64,000 nucleotides of DNA from an uncultured delta proteobacterium (GTDB lineage Bacteria; Desulfobacterota; Desulfuromonadia; Desulfuromonadales; BM103). The notes under the pieces are model-generated. The model saw only the letters and a program-made list of their open reading frames with translations. It was not told the origin of the DNA and did not search any database. Within the stretch, counting starts at the first letter, position 1. Each line of letters opens with the position of its first letter. This document shows, one piece after another, positions 30,169 to 38,746 of this stretch. The position numbers and the translations under genes are program-made. The DNA is taken from NCBI GenBank assembly GCA_963715335.1, contig CAVQRZ010000023.1:83711-147710 (forward strand), read 5' to 3'.

Positions 30169-30448
30169 GCAGGGATTCTGCCACGAAGACCTGGAGAGAC
30201 AAAGAAAAAACTGGCAGATTCGTCGTCCGTTAACGAACATAAGCCAATAATTTACAGCTTCTTTGCCAGGCTTCGCCATGACCCAGGATCGTAGGGCCAA
30301 TAATGACAAGTGCCCGCCAGAAACAGAAGATTATTTCCACTTAATGATCGACAACTGTATACAGTTTCGCTATACTTCAAAATCTGATTCTATCCGGGGT
30401 TCAGTCCTCCGGAGCATATATTTATTGACGTCATAAAGGAGAGAGATC

Positions 30449-32071
30449 ATGCCGGAATTCTTTTACCAGAACCCGTATCCCGTCGGTGCAGACAAGACCA
30501 GCTACTACAAGGTCGAAGGTTCGGAGAAGTATGTCTCCGTCGAAAGCTTCAATGGTCGGGATGTCCTCAAGGTCGATCCGGAAGCACTGACTGTGTTGTC
30601 CAGCATTGCCATGAAGGATGTGTCCTTTCTGCTGCGCAAGGAGCACAACGAGCAAGTCGCCAAGATTCTGATGGACCCCGAAGCCTCCCGTAACGACAAG
30701 GGTGTGGCGATGGCATTCCTGCGCAACGCCATGGTTTCGGCCCAGTTCGAACTGCCGACCTGCCAGGACACCGGCACGGCAACTATCGTTGCCAAAAAAG
30801 GTCAACAGGTCTGGACCGGTGTTAACGATGCGGAATATCTTTCCAAGGGGGTTTTCAAGACTTACACCGAAGAGAACCTGCGCTACAGCCAGACCGTGGC
30901 CCTTGATATGTACGAAGAGAAGAACACCGGCACCAACCTGCCGGCGCAGATCGACCTTTACGCCACAGAGGGTGACGCCTACAAGTTCCTGTTCGTAGCA
31001 AAAGGTGGCGGTTCCGCCAACAAGAGCATGCTCTATCAGGAGACCAAGGCGCTGCTCACCCCGGAGAAGCTCTTTGACTATCTGGTCGCCAAGATGAAAA
31101 CTCTCGGCACCGCAGCCTGCCCTCCTTACCATCTCGCCTTCGTCATCGGCGGGACCTCGGCCGACGCAGTCATGAAGACCGTCAAGCTGGCGACTGCCAA
31201 GGAACTCGACAATCTGCCGACGGTCGGCAACGATCACGGCCAGGCCTTCCGTGATATCGAGCTGGAGAAGAAACTGCAGAAAGCTGCCCAGGACCTCGGC
31301 ATCGGTGCCCAGTTCGGCGGCAAGTACTTTACCCACGATGTCCGCGTCATCCGCCTGCCCCGCCACGGCGCATCCTGCCCGCTCGGCATGGCGGTTTCCT
31401 GCTCGGCTGACCGCAACATCAAGGCCAAGATCACCAGAGACGGCCTGTTTGTCGAAGAGATGGACCGCGATCCGGGCCGCCTGCTCCCCGAGCAGTATCG
31501 TATGGCCAAGCATGAGCATGGTCACAAGGTCGACCTCAACCAGCCGATGGAAGCCATCCTCGCCGAGTTGACCAAGCTCAAGTGCGGCGACGCCCTGTTG
31601 CTCAACGGCACCATCGTGGTCGGTCGCGACATCGCCCATGCCAAGTTCAAAGAGATCCTCGACAGCGGCAAACCATTGCCCGACTACCTGAAAAAACACC
31701 CGATTTACTACGCCGGACCGGCCAAGACCCCTGCCGGCAAACCATCAGGCTCCTTCGGCCCGACTACGGCCGGCCGGATGGACTCTTACGTCGGCCTGTT
31801 ACAGGAGAACGGCGGCTCAATGGTCATGATCGCCAAGGGCAATCGCTCGCAGCAGGTCACTGATGCCTGCAAGAAATTCGGTGGCTTCTACCTCGGCTCC
31901 ATCGGCGGCCCGGCCGCCTTGCTCGCCGAAGAAAACATCAAGAAGGTCGAGTGCATCGACTTCCCCGAACTCGGCATGGAAGCTGTCTGGCAGATCGACG
32001 TCGTCAATTTCCCGGCATTCATCCTGGTTGATGATAAGGGTAACGACTTCTTCAAGCAGTTGGGTCTGTAA
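30449..32071 (+). CDS. Class I (Fe-S) fumarate hydratase, fused alpha/beta
   Basis: 540 aa. CQDTGTA, GGGSANK and a C-terminal beta domain (GKGNRS). Confidence 0.9.
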   Translation: MPEFFYQNPYPVGADKTSYYKVEGSEKYVSVESFNGRDVLKVDPEALTVLSSIAMKDVSFLLRKEHNEQVAKILMDPEASRNDKGVAMAFLRNAMVSAQFELPTCQDTGTATIVAKKGQQVWTGVNDAEYLSKGVFKTYTEENLRYSQTVALDMYEEKNTGTNLPAQIDLYATEGDAYKFLFVAKGGGSANKSMLYQETKALLTPEKLFDYLVAKMKTLGTAACPPYHLAFVIGGTSADAVMKTVKLATAKELDNLPTVGNDHGQAFRDIELEKKLQKAAQDLGIGAQFGGKYFTHDVRVIRLPRHGASCPLGMAVSCSADRNIKAKITRDGLFVEEMDRDPGRLLPEQYRMAKHEHGHKVDLNQPMEAILAELTKLKCGDALLLNGTIVVGRDIAHAKFKEILDSGKPLPDYLKKHPIYYAGPAKTPAGKPSGSFGPTTAGRMDSYVGLLQENGGSMVMIAKGNRSQQVTDACKKFGGFYLGSIGGPAALLAEENIKKVECIDFPELGMEAVWQIDVVNFPAFILVDDKGNDFFKQLGL

Positions 32072-32119
32072 ATCAGCCAACAAAAAGCCCCGGGGATTTC
32101 CCGGGGCTCAGATTGTTGA

Positions 32120-32155
32120 CGAACCCTGCACGTGATGCGGGGTTCGTTTTTTTTT
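32120..32155 (+). terminator. Rho-independent terminator of the fumarase gene
   Basis: CGAACCCTGCA-cgtga-TGCGGGGTTCG followed by T9. Paralogous to the hcp terminator. Confidence 0.85.
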
Positions 32156-32185
32156 GCCTGTCAGGTGGAGTATTTATGAAGTTTA

Positions 32186-32720
32186 GGGCAACAGATGGTT
32201 AATCTGTTGCCCTCGTTCTCTTATTTGAGATCCAAACACAAAAGTTGAAGAACAAAACCGTCGGGGTTGCCCGACAGCAACTTCATTTTCTTTGTAGCGA
32301 CAAAGAAAGGAAGCAAAAGAAAGCTTGGCGCTACGCTGGGCATGTCTGGCTCGGCAGGGCGGCGACCTCAATGCAGAACGTTCTAAACGATCAAGAGTCT
32401 ACGCTTCACCCGCAGGAGCCGAGGCTCTTGAGAGCCTCTCCTGCTGTGGAGACTTGCGTTGATAGAGGTTGTTTTGGCTTTTCCCTGGTAGATCACACGG
32501 CAAGGTCAGGCCCTTTGACACAGGGCCGGATCACCATCACAGCGGGTTCTTGAAGTCACAGACATCCGGCAAAGGAGATGCCCTCCGCAAGGAGAAGGCA
32601 CTTTTGCATACTTTTGTTGCCGGACAAAAGTATGGCGTCGGGCGGGACGCGACCCGCCGGTTTTGCTTTTAAGCTTTTCAAGAAAAGCAAAAAGGGCAAC
32701 AGATTAACCATCTGCTGCCC
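32186..32720. repeat. About 0.5-kb structured non-coding element, copy A, bounded by inverted REP-like hairpins
   Basis: GGGCAACAGATGGTTAATCTGTTGCCC at 32186-32212, and its inverted variant at 32694-32720. The interior is highly similar to 58253-58765, and no ORF is conserved between the copies. Confidence 0.8.
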
Positions 32721-32836
32721 TCTCTATCATGAATTCAGGTTAAACTTTTACAGCAGCCCCGCCCCGGGGGTTTCCGGGTGTTTTTAATTTCATGGCGGCG
32801 AAGAGAAGACTATTGAGAGAAGACAAGCTGAGATAC

Positions 32837-34651
32837 CTATCGTCCCTGATAAAACCCGGCCTGGGCATTATAAAGACCGGCATAAGCACCAGCAAGCCGC
32901 AACAGCTCAGCGTGGGTTCCTTTCTCGATAATCATTCCATCATCCATCACATATATCCGATCAGCCAACTGCACTGAAGAAAGACGGTGGCTGATGATCA
33001 GCGCGCTACGTTGACCGATGACATTGCGAAACGAACGGATCATCTCAGCTTCAGCCAGAGGGTCGAGGGAACTGCTCGGTTCATCAAATATCATCAGGTC
33101 AGCGCTACGGAACCAGGCCCTTGCGAGAGCGAGACGCTGCCACTCACCAATACTGAGCTCCTGACCGGCCTGAAAATGCGTGCCGAGCTGCGTATCAATG
33201 CCATCAGCAAACCGGTTTATGAACTGGTCCGCACCAGCAATTTTTGCCGCAGCAGTCAATTCATCAGCATTTGCTTCCTTCTCTGAATCTCCCAGCCATA
33301 TGTTCTCGGAGATTGGCAGATCGAATTGTGCGAAATCCTGGCTCACAACACTCAAATGGCGACGCCATGACCTCGGCAAGAACAATTTCAGGTCCTTGCC
33401 TTCCCAGCTAACCTGTCCTTCATCAGGGTCGTAAAGCCGGCAAATTAATTTTGCCAGGGTTGTCTTTCCTGCTCCATTCACCCCAACCAAAGCGACTATC
33501 TCACCTGGACGTACTTCGAGATTCACATTCTTTAGAGTATGCTCCTTACGACTTGGATAAGTGAATGAGAGATCACGACAGACAAGCCCCAAGGCTGCCG
33601 GCTCCGGCACGAAACTTTGTCCGTTCTCCAGCTCAACCTTTACCGGTAGGTCAATCAAATCATAAAAATGTCTCAAGAACAGGTTGTCCTCATAGAGCCA
33701 ACCCAGCCCCTGAAGAACATTCTGCAGAGCTGTCAAGGCTCTCTGATAACCTTGAAAATACATAACGATAACACCAAGAGTCATCGCCCCCTGGATCGCC
33801 ACAAAAACCATCGCGGCCAGAGTTCCATATAGTGCGATTGTTGCACCGCCCTGCGCCAGGATGTCGCGCCTGACACGCCTTTTACTGATGTCGAGGCGCC
33901 CCTGACGCAACTTGTCACGCAAATCCCGGTAACGCCCACGGAATAAATCACCGATACCCAGCAGACGGATTTCACGAGCAAAATCAATACTGGTCATCAT
34001 CCAGTGGTAGAACCAGGCTTGCCGTTCGAGTTCAACCCGGTCTCGCTCAAAGGTATAGAGTTGGCGGGCATAGATAAGACGCACCAGCCCTGCAGGGACA
34101 GCGGCCAGAAGGAGAGCCAACCCAACGGCCCAATGAAAGGAGAACAACAGCCCGACGATACCAAAAAGTATCAGGAGGTTCTGCAGAGTCTGCTTCAACC
34201 CATTGACGATGTTGGCCGGACGTGACAAGGCGTCTTGTTGAGCAAGATGGAGGGTATTGTGATATGCAGGGTCTTCATAATAACCGAGATCGACTGCAAT
34301 TGACTTTTCGTGGATAAGGTCTGAGACAAAGTCAGAGACAGCCAGAGATTGTGCTTCCGTGACATATGCAGCGATACTGTTAATTGACGCAGTCGCCAAC
34401 GCGACCAGGCCAGCAAGCCCGACCCAGATTAAAACTTGCGTTACCGCACCGTCACCTCTTTCAAGCAATGCGGCACCGAGAGAATCAACTATCTGCTTCA
34501 GCAGCAACAACGCGAACACCGGCAAAGCCGTCTGTACTATCATCAACAACAGGCTTGCAAGAGTCCAGCGAGGGGTTGCTGCCCAAACCAGTCGCCAGGC
34601 ACGGTGCAGATTGAAGATTCCTTTGATTCGCATTTTTATCGAACTATTCAT
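32837..34651 (-). CDS. ABC exporter, fused permease-ATPase (RiPP cassette)
   Basis: Six-TM N-domain, then Walker A GVNGAGKTTLAKL, signature LSIGEWQR and Walker B LMIFDEPSS. Start set at MNSSIK (34651, TAGGAT upstream); 34666 and 34633 are also possible. Confidence 0.85.
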   Translation of the reverse strand: MNSSIKMRIKGIFNLHRAWRLVWAATPRWTLASLLLMIVQTALPVFALLLLKQIVDSLGAALLERGDGAVTQVLIWVGLAGLVALATASINSIAAYVTEAQSLAVSDFVSDLIHEKSIAVDLGYYEDPAYHNTLHLAQQDALSRPANIVNGLKQTLQNLLILFGIVGLLFSFHWAVGLALLLAAVPAGLVRLIYARQLYTFERDRVELERQAWFYHWMMTSIDFAREIRLLGIGDLFRGRYRDLRDKLRQGRLDISKRRVRRDILAQGGATIALYGTLAAMVFVAIQGAMTLGVIVMYFQGYQRALTALQNVLQGLGWLYEDNLFLRHFYDLIDLPVKVELENGQSFVPEPAALGLVCRDLSFTYPSRKEHTLKNVNLEVRPGEIVALVGVNGAGKTTLAKLICRLYDPDEGQVSWEGKDLKLFLPRSWRRHLSVVSQDFAQFDLPISENIWLGDSEKEANADELTAAAKIAGADQFINRFADGIDTQLGTHFQAGQELSIGEWQRLALARAWFRSADLMIFDEPSSSLDPLAEAEMIRSFRNVIGQRSALIISHRLSSVQLADRIYVMDDGMIIEKGTHAELLRLAGAYAGLYNAQAGFYQGR

Positions 34652-34774
34652 AGATCCTATCCACATGGAGTCATTACATTTTTCACCAGAAACACATAAA
34701 AAAAATATGCATACTATAGCATTTAAATCATATATTTGTCGTAACAACCATATTCGACATATAATAGCTGCCTT

Positions 34775-35662
34775 ATGTCTGATCGTGACAAAATATACGG
34801 GCAAGAACTTGCTATTGGCCCCCTCATCTACCACCTCTATGCGATTGATGAATGGGGCGCAAGTATTCTTCATGGAATCAGCACACATCTTGCCTGTAAT
34901 GAAATTTCGAGAACGGCTGATCGAATAATATTATTGTTTCATAATGAGCCGGCAGCCTTTACTTCGAAAAAAGTTCCCGCCGCTTTTTCAACCTGTGAAG
35001 TTGAAGAAGATTCGTGGTATTTCCGCAAAAACCTGATTGACACGACCTGGCAATCGGATCAATCAACCTGCACCTTCTGGTCAGCAGGGGTTGACACGTT
35101 AATCGGGCCCGTTCGTTTTCATCTTCCATGGAGCCTTGTTGTTGATGATCTTGTTGCACGGGGGGGAGGACTGATCCACGCCGGGCTGGCCGACCACGGA
35201 GGCTCCGGATATCTGTTTGCTGCCCCGCCAAGCGGCGGTAAGAGCACAACATTGGCAACAGCCCCAGCCGAGTGGATGATTATGAGTGATGACGCTGCTC
35301 TCGTCTGGCCAGACGAAAATGGCTGGCTGGCCAGTCCCCTGCCATCCTGGGGAGACCAACTCAAGCCTGACGAGCCCTGGCCCTGGCCACAGATGGCGCT
35401 TGACTCGACTTGCGCTCTGAGCAACATTTTGCAGCTTGATAAAGGCGCCCATGTCGAACTCGCCAGGCTGAAAGAGTCAGCGGCCCTCCCCTTTATCTAC
35501 CAGGCTTTAAGTGAGTATCCCGTCATTATTCTGGCAAACATCAGTTATAGAGAAGAATACTTCCGTAGCGCAGCGCAAATGGCCCGCGTTCTCTCAACAT
35601 GGCAGCTTACCCTGCCGAAGCATGGCGACATCTGGCACCTGCTCCAGCAGAGAACCAAATGA
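34775..35662 (+). CDS. HPr-kinase-like P-loop protein (ScmC-like)
   Basis: GGGLIHAGLADHGGSGYLFAAPPSGGKSTTLA resembles the HprK/HprK-related kinase core with a Walker A. 295 aa. Confidence 0.7.
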   Translation: MSDRDKIYGQELAIGPLIYHLYAIDEWGASILHGISTHLACNEISRTADRIILLFHNEPAAFTSKKVPAAFSTCEVEEDSWYFRKNLIDTTWQSDQSTCTFWSAGVDTLIGPVRFHLPWSLVVDDLVARGGGLIHAGLADHGGSGYLFAAPPSGGKSTTLATAPAEWMIMSDDAALVWPDENGWLASPLPSWGDQLKPDEPWPWPQMALDSTCALSNILQLDKGAHVELARLKESAALPFIYQALSEYPVIILANISYREEYFRSAAQMARVLSTWQLTLPKHGDIWHLLQQRTK

Positions 35663-36300
35663 ACACACTAACCAACACCTTCATATACAAAGGCAGAAGC
35701 ATGTGGCCATGTTTTCAGGAAGGCGACCTCCTGGTGCTGGCTGACATCGAATTCAACCAGATTCGTGCAGGCGATTGCATAGCGTACCAGAGGACCAGCG
35801 GCAGAAAAGCGGTGCACCGTGTAGTTGCGCTTCAAAGCTCACTTATCACACGCGGCGATTCTTTACCTTGCGTTGACACTGAATCGGTCAAATCGGAGCA
35901 GGTTATAGGGCGGGTTGTGAGTTTTTATCGCTTCGGCAGGCGGCATCAAGTTGTCGGAGGGTTCATAGGCAGGATTGTGGGTCTGTTCTACCGATATGCA
36001 GGCCGTATCGATCCGCAAAGACAGGCGCGAGGCGGCTGGCTAGCGCGCAAAATCCGCTTTTTCAGCATGGCGATACTGAAAACAATTCAATGTGATGGGA
36101 AAGCTGAGAGGCTTAAACTTGATGGGGCAGATGAATTGAAGGTGTGGACTATAGCCGGGAGGGTTATCGGACAACAGGATCAGGACTCAAGGCAATGGAA
36201 GATTGCCTGGCCATGGATGTTTTTGTTGAAATCAGGGAGACTTTTAAGATGGGGCAGAGGTCTTATTTTTCGCCGTTACCTACAGAACAGTAAACACTAG
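35659..36300 (+). CDS. S26-family peptidase, Sec11/SipW (Ser-His) type, with an uncharacterised C-terminal half
   Basis: GRSMWPCFQEGDLLVL matches SGSMEP-F-RGD of ER/archaeal-type signal peptidases. VHRVV stands in place of the bacterial KRV box. The start ATG overlaps the upstream stop (ATGA). Confidence 0.7.
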   Translation: MNTLTNTFIYKGRSMWPCFQEGDLLVLADIEFNQIRAGDCIAYQRTSGRKAVHRVVALQSSLITRGDSLPCVDTESVKSEQVIGRVVSFYRFGRRHQVVGGFIGRIVGLFYRYAGRIDPQRQARGGWLARKIRFFSMAILKTIQCDGKAERLKLDGADELKVWTIAGRVIGQQDQDSRQWKIAWPWMFLLKSGRLLRWGRGLIFRRYLQNSKH

Positions 36301-36469
36301 CTCCATTGCCACGCGTACAGTTACCCTGGTTTGACGCCCCTGACCCAGATGCGCATTGGGTTGGACCGCCAGGCGTGGGCGTAGTACCAGTCGCGCATTC
36401 ACCGAAAATCGGCTGACATGAGTCAACAGACCTGACCATCGGCTCTTTCCATAAACGCTTATTACTCAT
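36263..36469 (-). CDS. Candidate RiPP precursor peptide (68 aa, Cys/Gly/Ser/Thr-rich)
   Basis: MSNKRLWKEPMVRSVDSCQPIFGECATGTTPTPGGPTQCASGSGASNQGNCTRGNGASVYCSVGNGEK. RBS GAGGGGG lies 7 nt upstream, and the ORF has its own promoter. It sits immediately downstream of the two rSAM/SPASM genes. Confidence 0.65.
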   Translation of the reverse strand: MSNKRLWKEPMVRSVDSCQPIFGECATGTTPTPGGPTQCASGSGASNQGNCTRGNGASVYCSVGNGEK

Positions 36470-36499
36470 ACAACAGCCCCCTCAAAAATGATTTCCGCG

Positions 36500-36528
36500 A
36501 TTATAGCCCTATCCGGGTATCTTGCCAA
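36500..36528 (-). promoter_or_regulatory. Near-consensus sigma70 promoter for the precursor ORF
   Basis: Minus strand reads TTGGCA-17 nt-TATAAT. The -10 element ends about 30 nt upstream of the ATG. Confidence 0.65.
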
Positions 36529-36572
36529 CCCCCAGATTATGTAGCCAATCTGCAAGATGAGCCTCGACACCT

Positions 36573-37646
36573 TTAGCCTCTGCGCCTCTTTAACGGGAAC
36601 AACCCTTGTTCAGCGGCTTGTTGACAGAACCAGTATGGTGCCAGCAGGTCACCGGAGAGCTGATAATTGGAGGCGACACAACTACCAAGGCAGTTTTCCT
36701 GCATCAAACAATCACGGCAAATCCCCTGAAGACTCTTCGGCAAGCCTTCCCTCAGGCCCATAAGCACCTGGTGGCTCTGCCAAATCTCCTTGAGCTTTAC
36801 TGACATGACAGCACCCATCGACAGTTCCGGAACATGTTGACCAACACCACACAACGAGTAGGCCCCTGAGGGCAGGATGCCGAGCACGTGCATGATGTTA
36901 CAGACCCCGTCATCCTCCCCGGAGATTATGCGTGAGAGAGGTCGGAAAGCATGTGGAACGCCCATTTGAATGGGGAGGCTGAACTGCTGTGACCACTTCT
37001 CAGAAACTTTTGCAGATATATCCAGGATCTCCTTGATACTCAAGGCATCTCCTTCATTAGAGAGGGTCTCAGCTCTCAGGACCGGTTGCAGCACGTTCAG
37101 TTTGACTGCGCCAGCGCCCAACCCCTCAGCCAGGGCAAAAAAATCAGGCAGTTGTCTTTTGTTCGATTGTTGCAAGGTCAAAATCAATTCAGGACGGAAA
37201 CCCGCGCCAACCAATGCGCGAATCCCCATAATGGTTTTTTTAAAACCACTTTTGACGCAGCGAATCGCATCGTGGGTCCTGTCATTTGCTCCATCCAGGC
37301 TCACGGACACCCTGCTCACTCCGCTGTCCCGCATCAAGCTTGCCAGTTCATCATTAACCAACATACCGTTAGTCTCGACAATCGCCTCTAGATTGTATTC
37401 TCTCTGCAAATCAAGAAGCTCACGGAAACACGGATGCAGTGTCGGTTCCCCGCCAGTCCACTTGATGGCAGAAAGACCCAACGGGAGAGCCTGTTCGATG
37501 GCATGCCTCAATATTCGCGGCTCAAGGACAACTTGCTCATCCTGCTTTTGACGTTCCGGCACGAACCAGCAATGCCGACAAGCACAGTTACAACCACTGG
37601 TCAGGTAAGCATAGAAGGTATTCAATGTCGGCACAGTCACGGCCAT
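36573..37646 (-). CDS. Radical SAM/SPASM peptide-modifying enzyme 2
   Basis: YLTSGCNCACRHC cluster motif and C-terminal CGVG...CRDCLMQENCLGSC (SPASM). Start at MAVTVPTL (ATG 37646, AGAGGGG upstream) overlaps the upstream stop by 10 nt. Confidence 0.85.
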   Translation of the reverse strand: MAVTVPTLNTFYAYLTSGCNCACRHCWFVPERQKQDEQVVLEPRILRHAIEQALPLGLSAIKWTGGEPTLHPCFRELLDLQREYNLEAIVETNGMLVNDELASLMRDSGVSRVSVSLDGANDRTHDAIRCVKSGFKKTIMGIRALVGAGFRPELILTLQQSNKRQLPDFFALAEGLGAGAVKLNVLQPVLRAETLSNEGDALSIKEILDISAKVSEKWSQQFSLPIQMGVPHAFRPLSRIISGEDDGVCNIMHVLGILPSGAYSLCGVGQHVPELSMGAVMSVKLKEIWQSHQVLMGLREGLPKSLQGICRDCLMQENCLGSCVASNYQLSGDLLAPYWFCQQAAEQGLFPLKRRRG

Positions 37647-38746
37647 AACGATAGCCCCTCTGCTGCAAGTTTCTCCTGAAATCGTTTGAGACAGGTCGAC
37701 GGGCATGGCTGGTCAACTTTCCCGGTCGCTGTAAACGCCGTACCGGGACAGTTCCCGGTACAACTTGACTGCCATTCACACAGACGACATTCGTCAAACT
37801 CTTCAAGCGCAATTTCCCACCGTTCACGCAACCGGCATAATGACTCGGCATTCTGCCAGACCTCAACCAGTGGAGTCTCTCCGACCTTGCCGAGGACCAT
37901 GTGCGGCAGCATGACACAGGGGATATAAGCACCATCTGAACGAACCGCAAGGCTGTCGTAAATACAGCCACAACCGACCAGACGTCCCCGACCCGGCACA
38001 GGAGTCCCAGACCGTCGTGCCTCCTCCATTTCACTGAACATACGCCAGTCCGCCAGAGGCCCTGCATTTGCGCGAATCCGCCCCGGATATTGTTTGTCAA
38101 GGTTCGCCATGATTTTTATCGCTTTTAAATGCTCTCTGGTGTTAAGCAAAACACCCGTGCCGTATTTTGTCGAAGTCCCGAGCGAGGAAGCGGCATTGGT
38201 ACTGAAAGAAGGGAGCCTCAGTTCTGTCAGCAATAGTCGTGCGATTTTCGGAAGGTCATCTATATTGCCGGGATGGATGGTCACTCTGACTGTTACTGGC
38301 AGTTTGGTACTCTGCAAAGCTCTGATTCCTGATAACGCCGGCTCAAATGTTCCCTTACCGCGAAGACTTTCATGAATTTCTGCTGTCGAGCCATCCAGTG
38401 ACACCTGGACCATGTCACACCGGCCTGTCTGCTGCAGGTGAACAGCAATTTGCGAGGTCAGGAAACTGCCGTTGGTCAACACGGAAAAACGCATGCGATT
38501 GGCAACAATCCCGTCAACCAAGTCTAAAAAATCATCCCTGATCAACGGTTCACCACCCTGCAGGGTTACATTCATCACCTGGCAGTTTGCCAGTTCCTCG
38601 AAAAAGGTTAACCAGAATTCAGTAGGCAGGTCGGCGTAGATTACATCAGGGTTGTTAAGATAGTAACAATAGCTGCAGTTCGCGTTGCAGCGGCTGGTAA
38701 TTTCAAGATCCAGAGAGCGTGGAGTACGCATCACTTGCGGAGACAT
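37637..38746 (-). CDS. Radical SAM/SPASM peptide-modifying enzyme 1
   Basis: LEITSRCNANCSYC and C-terminal GCGC...YIPC...CRLCEWQSSCTGNCPG (SPASM). ATG 38746 overlaps the PqqD stop (TAATG), with GGAGCAGGA upstream. Confidence 0.85.
   Translation of the reverse strand: MSPQVMRTPRSLDLEITSRCNANCSYCYYLNNPDVIYADLPTEFWLTFFEELANCQVMNVTLQGGEPLIRDDFLDLVDGIVANRMRFSVLTNGSFLTSQIAVHLQQTGRCDMVQVSLDGSTAEIHESLRGKGTFEPALSGIRALQSTKLPVTVRVTIHPGNIDDLPKIARLLLTELRLPSFSTNAASSLGTSTKYGTGVLLNTREHLKAIKIMANLDKQYPGRIRANAGPLADWRMFSEMEEARRSGTPVPGRGRLVGCGCIYDSLAVRSDGAYIPCVMLPHMVLGKVGETPLVEVWQNAESLCRLRERWEIALEEFDECRLCEWQSSCTGNCPGTAFTATGKVDQPCPSTCLKRFQEKLAAEGLSLWP

Noticed and set aside
32245-32672. ORFs inside the 0.5-kb repeat (32245-32553 and 32469-32672; counterparts 58287-58526 and 58530-59000)
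   Set aside because: Between the two copies, nucleotide differences are mostly non-synonymous (for example MFWLFPGRSHGKVRPFDTGPDHHHSG versus MFWLFPCKSHGKVRSFDTGPDPHHSR). ORF boundaries and frames are not conserved, and the sequence is dominated by hairpins.
32186-32720. Whether the 0.5-kb element is a known RNA (SRP RNA, RNase P RNA, 6S RNA, GEMM riboswitch, or a group II intron fragment)
   Set aside because: GGTCAGG(T/C)CC is superficially SRP-like. However, the element lacks the SRP GGAA/GNRA loop context, the RNase P GAGGAAAGTCC box, the GEMM tetraloop/receptor pattern and an intron domain V. It also occurs twice. It is left as unassigned.
34652-34928. N-terminal extension of the ABC exporter ORF (to 34888) and plus-strand ORF 34359-34928
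   Set aside because: The extension is AT-rich promoter-like DNA that overlaps the divergent scmC-like gene start. The ABC family sequence begins near MNSSIKMRIKG, and the plus-strand ORF is antisense to the TM domain.
36557-36763. 68-aa plus-strand ORF as a second precursor candidate
   Set aside because: It lies antisense inside the 3' end of rSAM-2. It has no RBS or promoter, and its composition is unlike the Cys/Gly-rich peptide.
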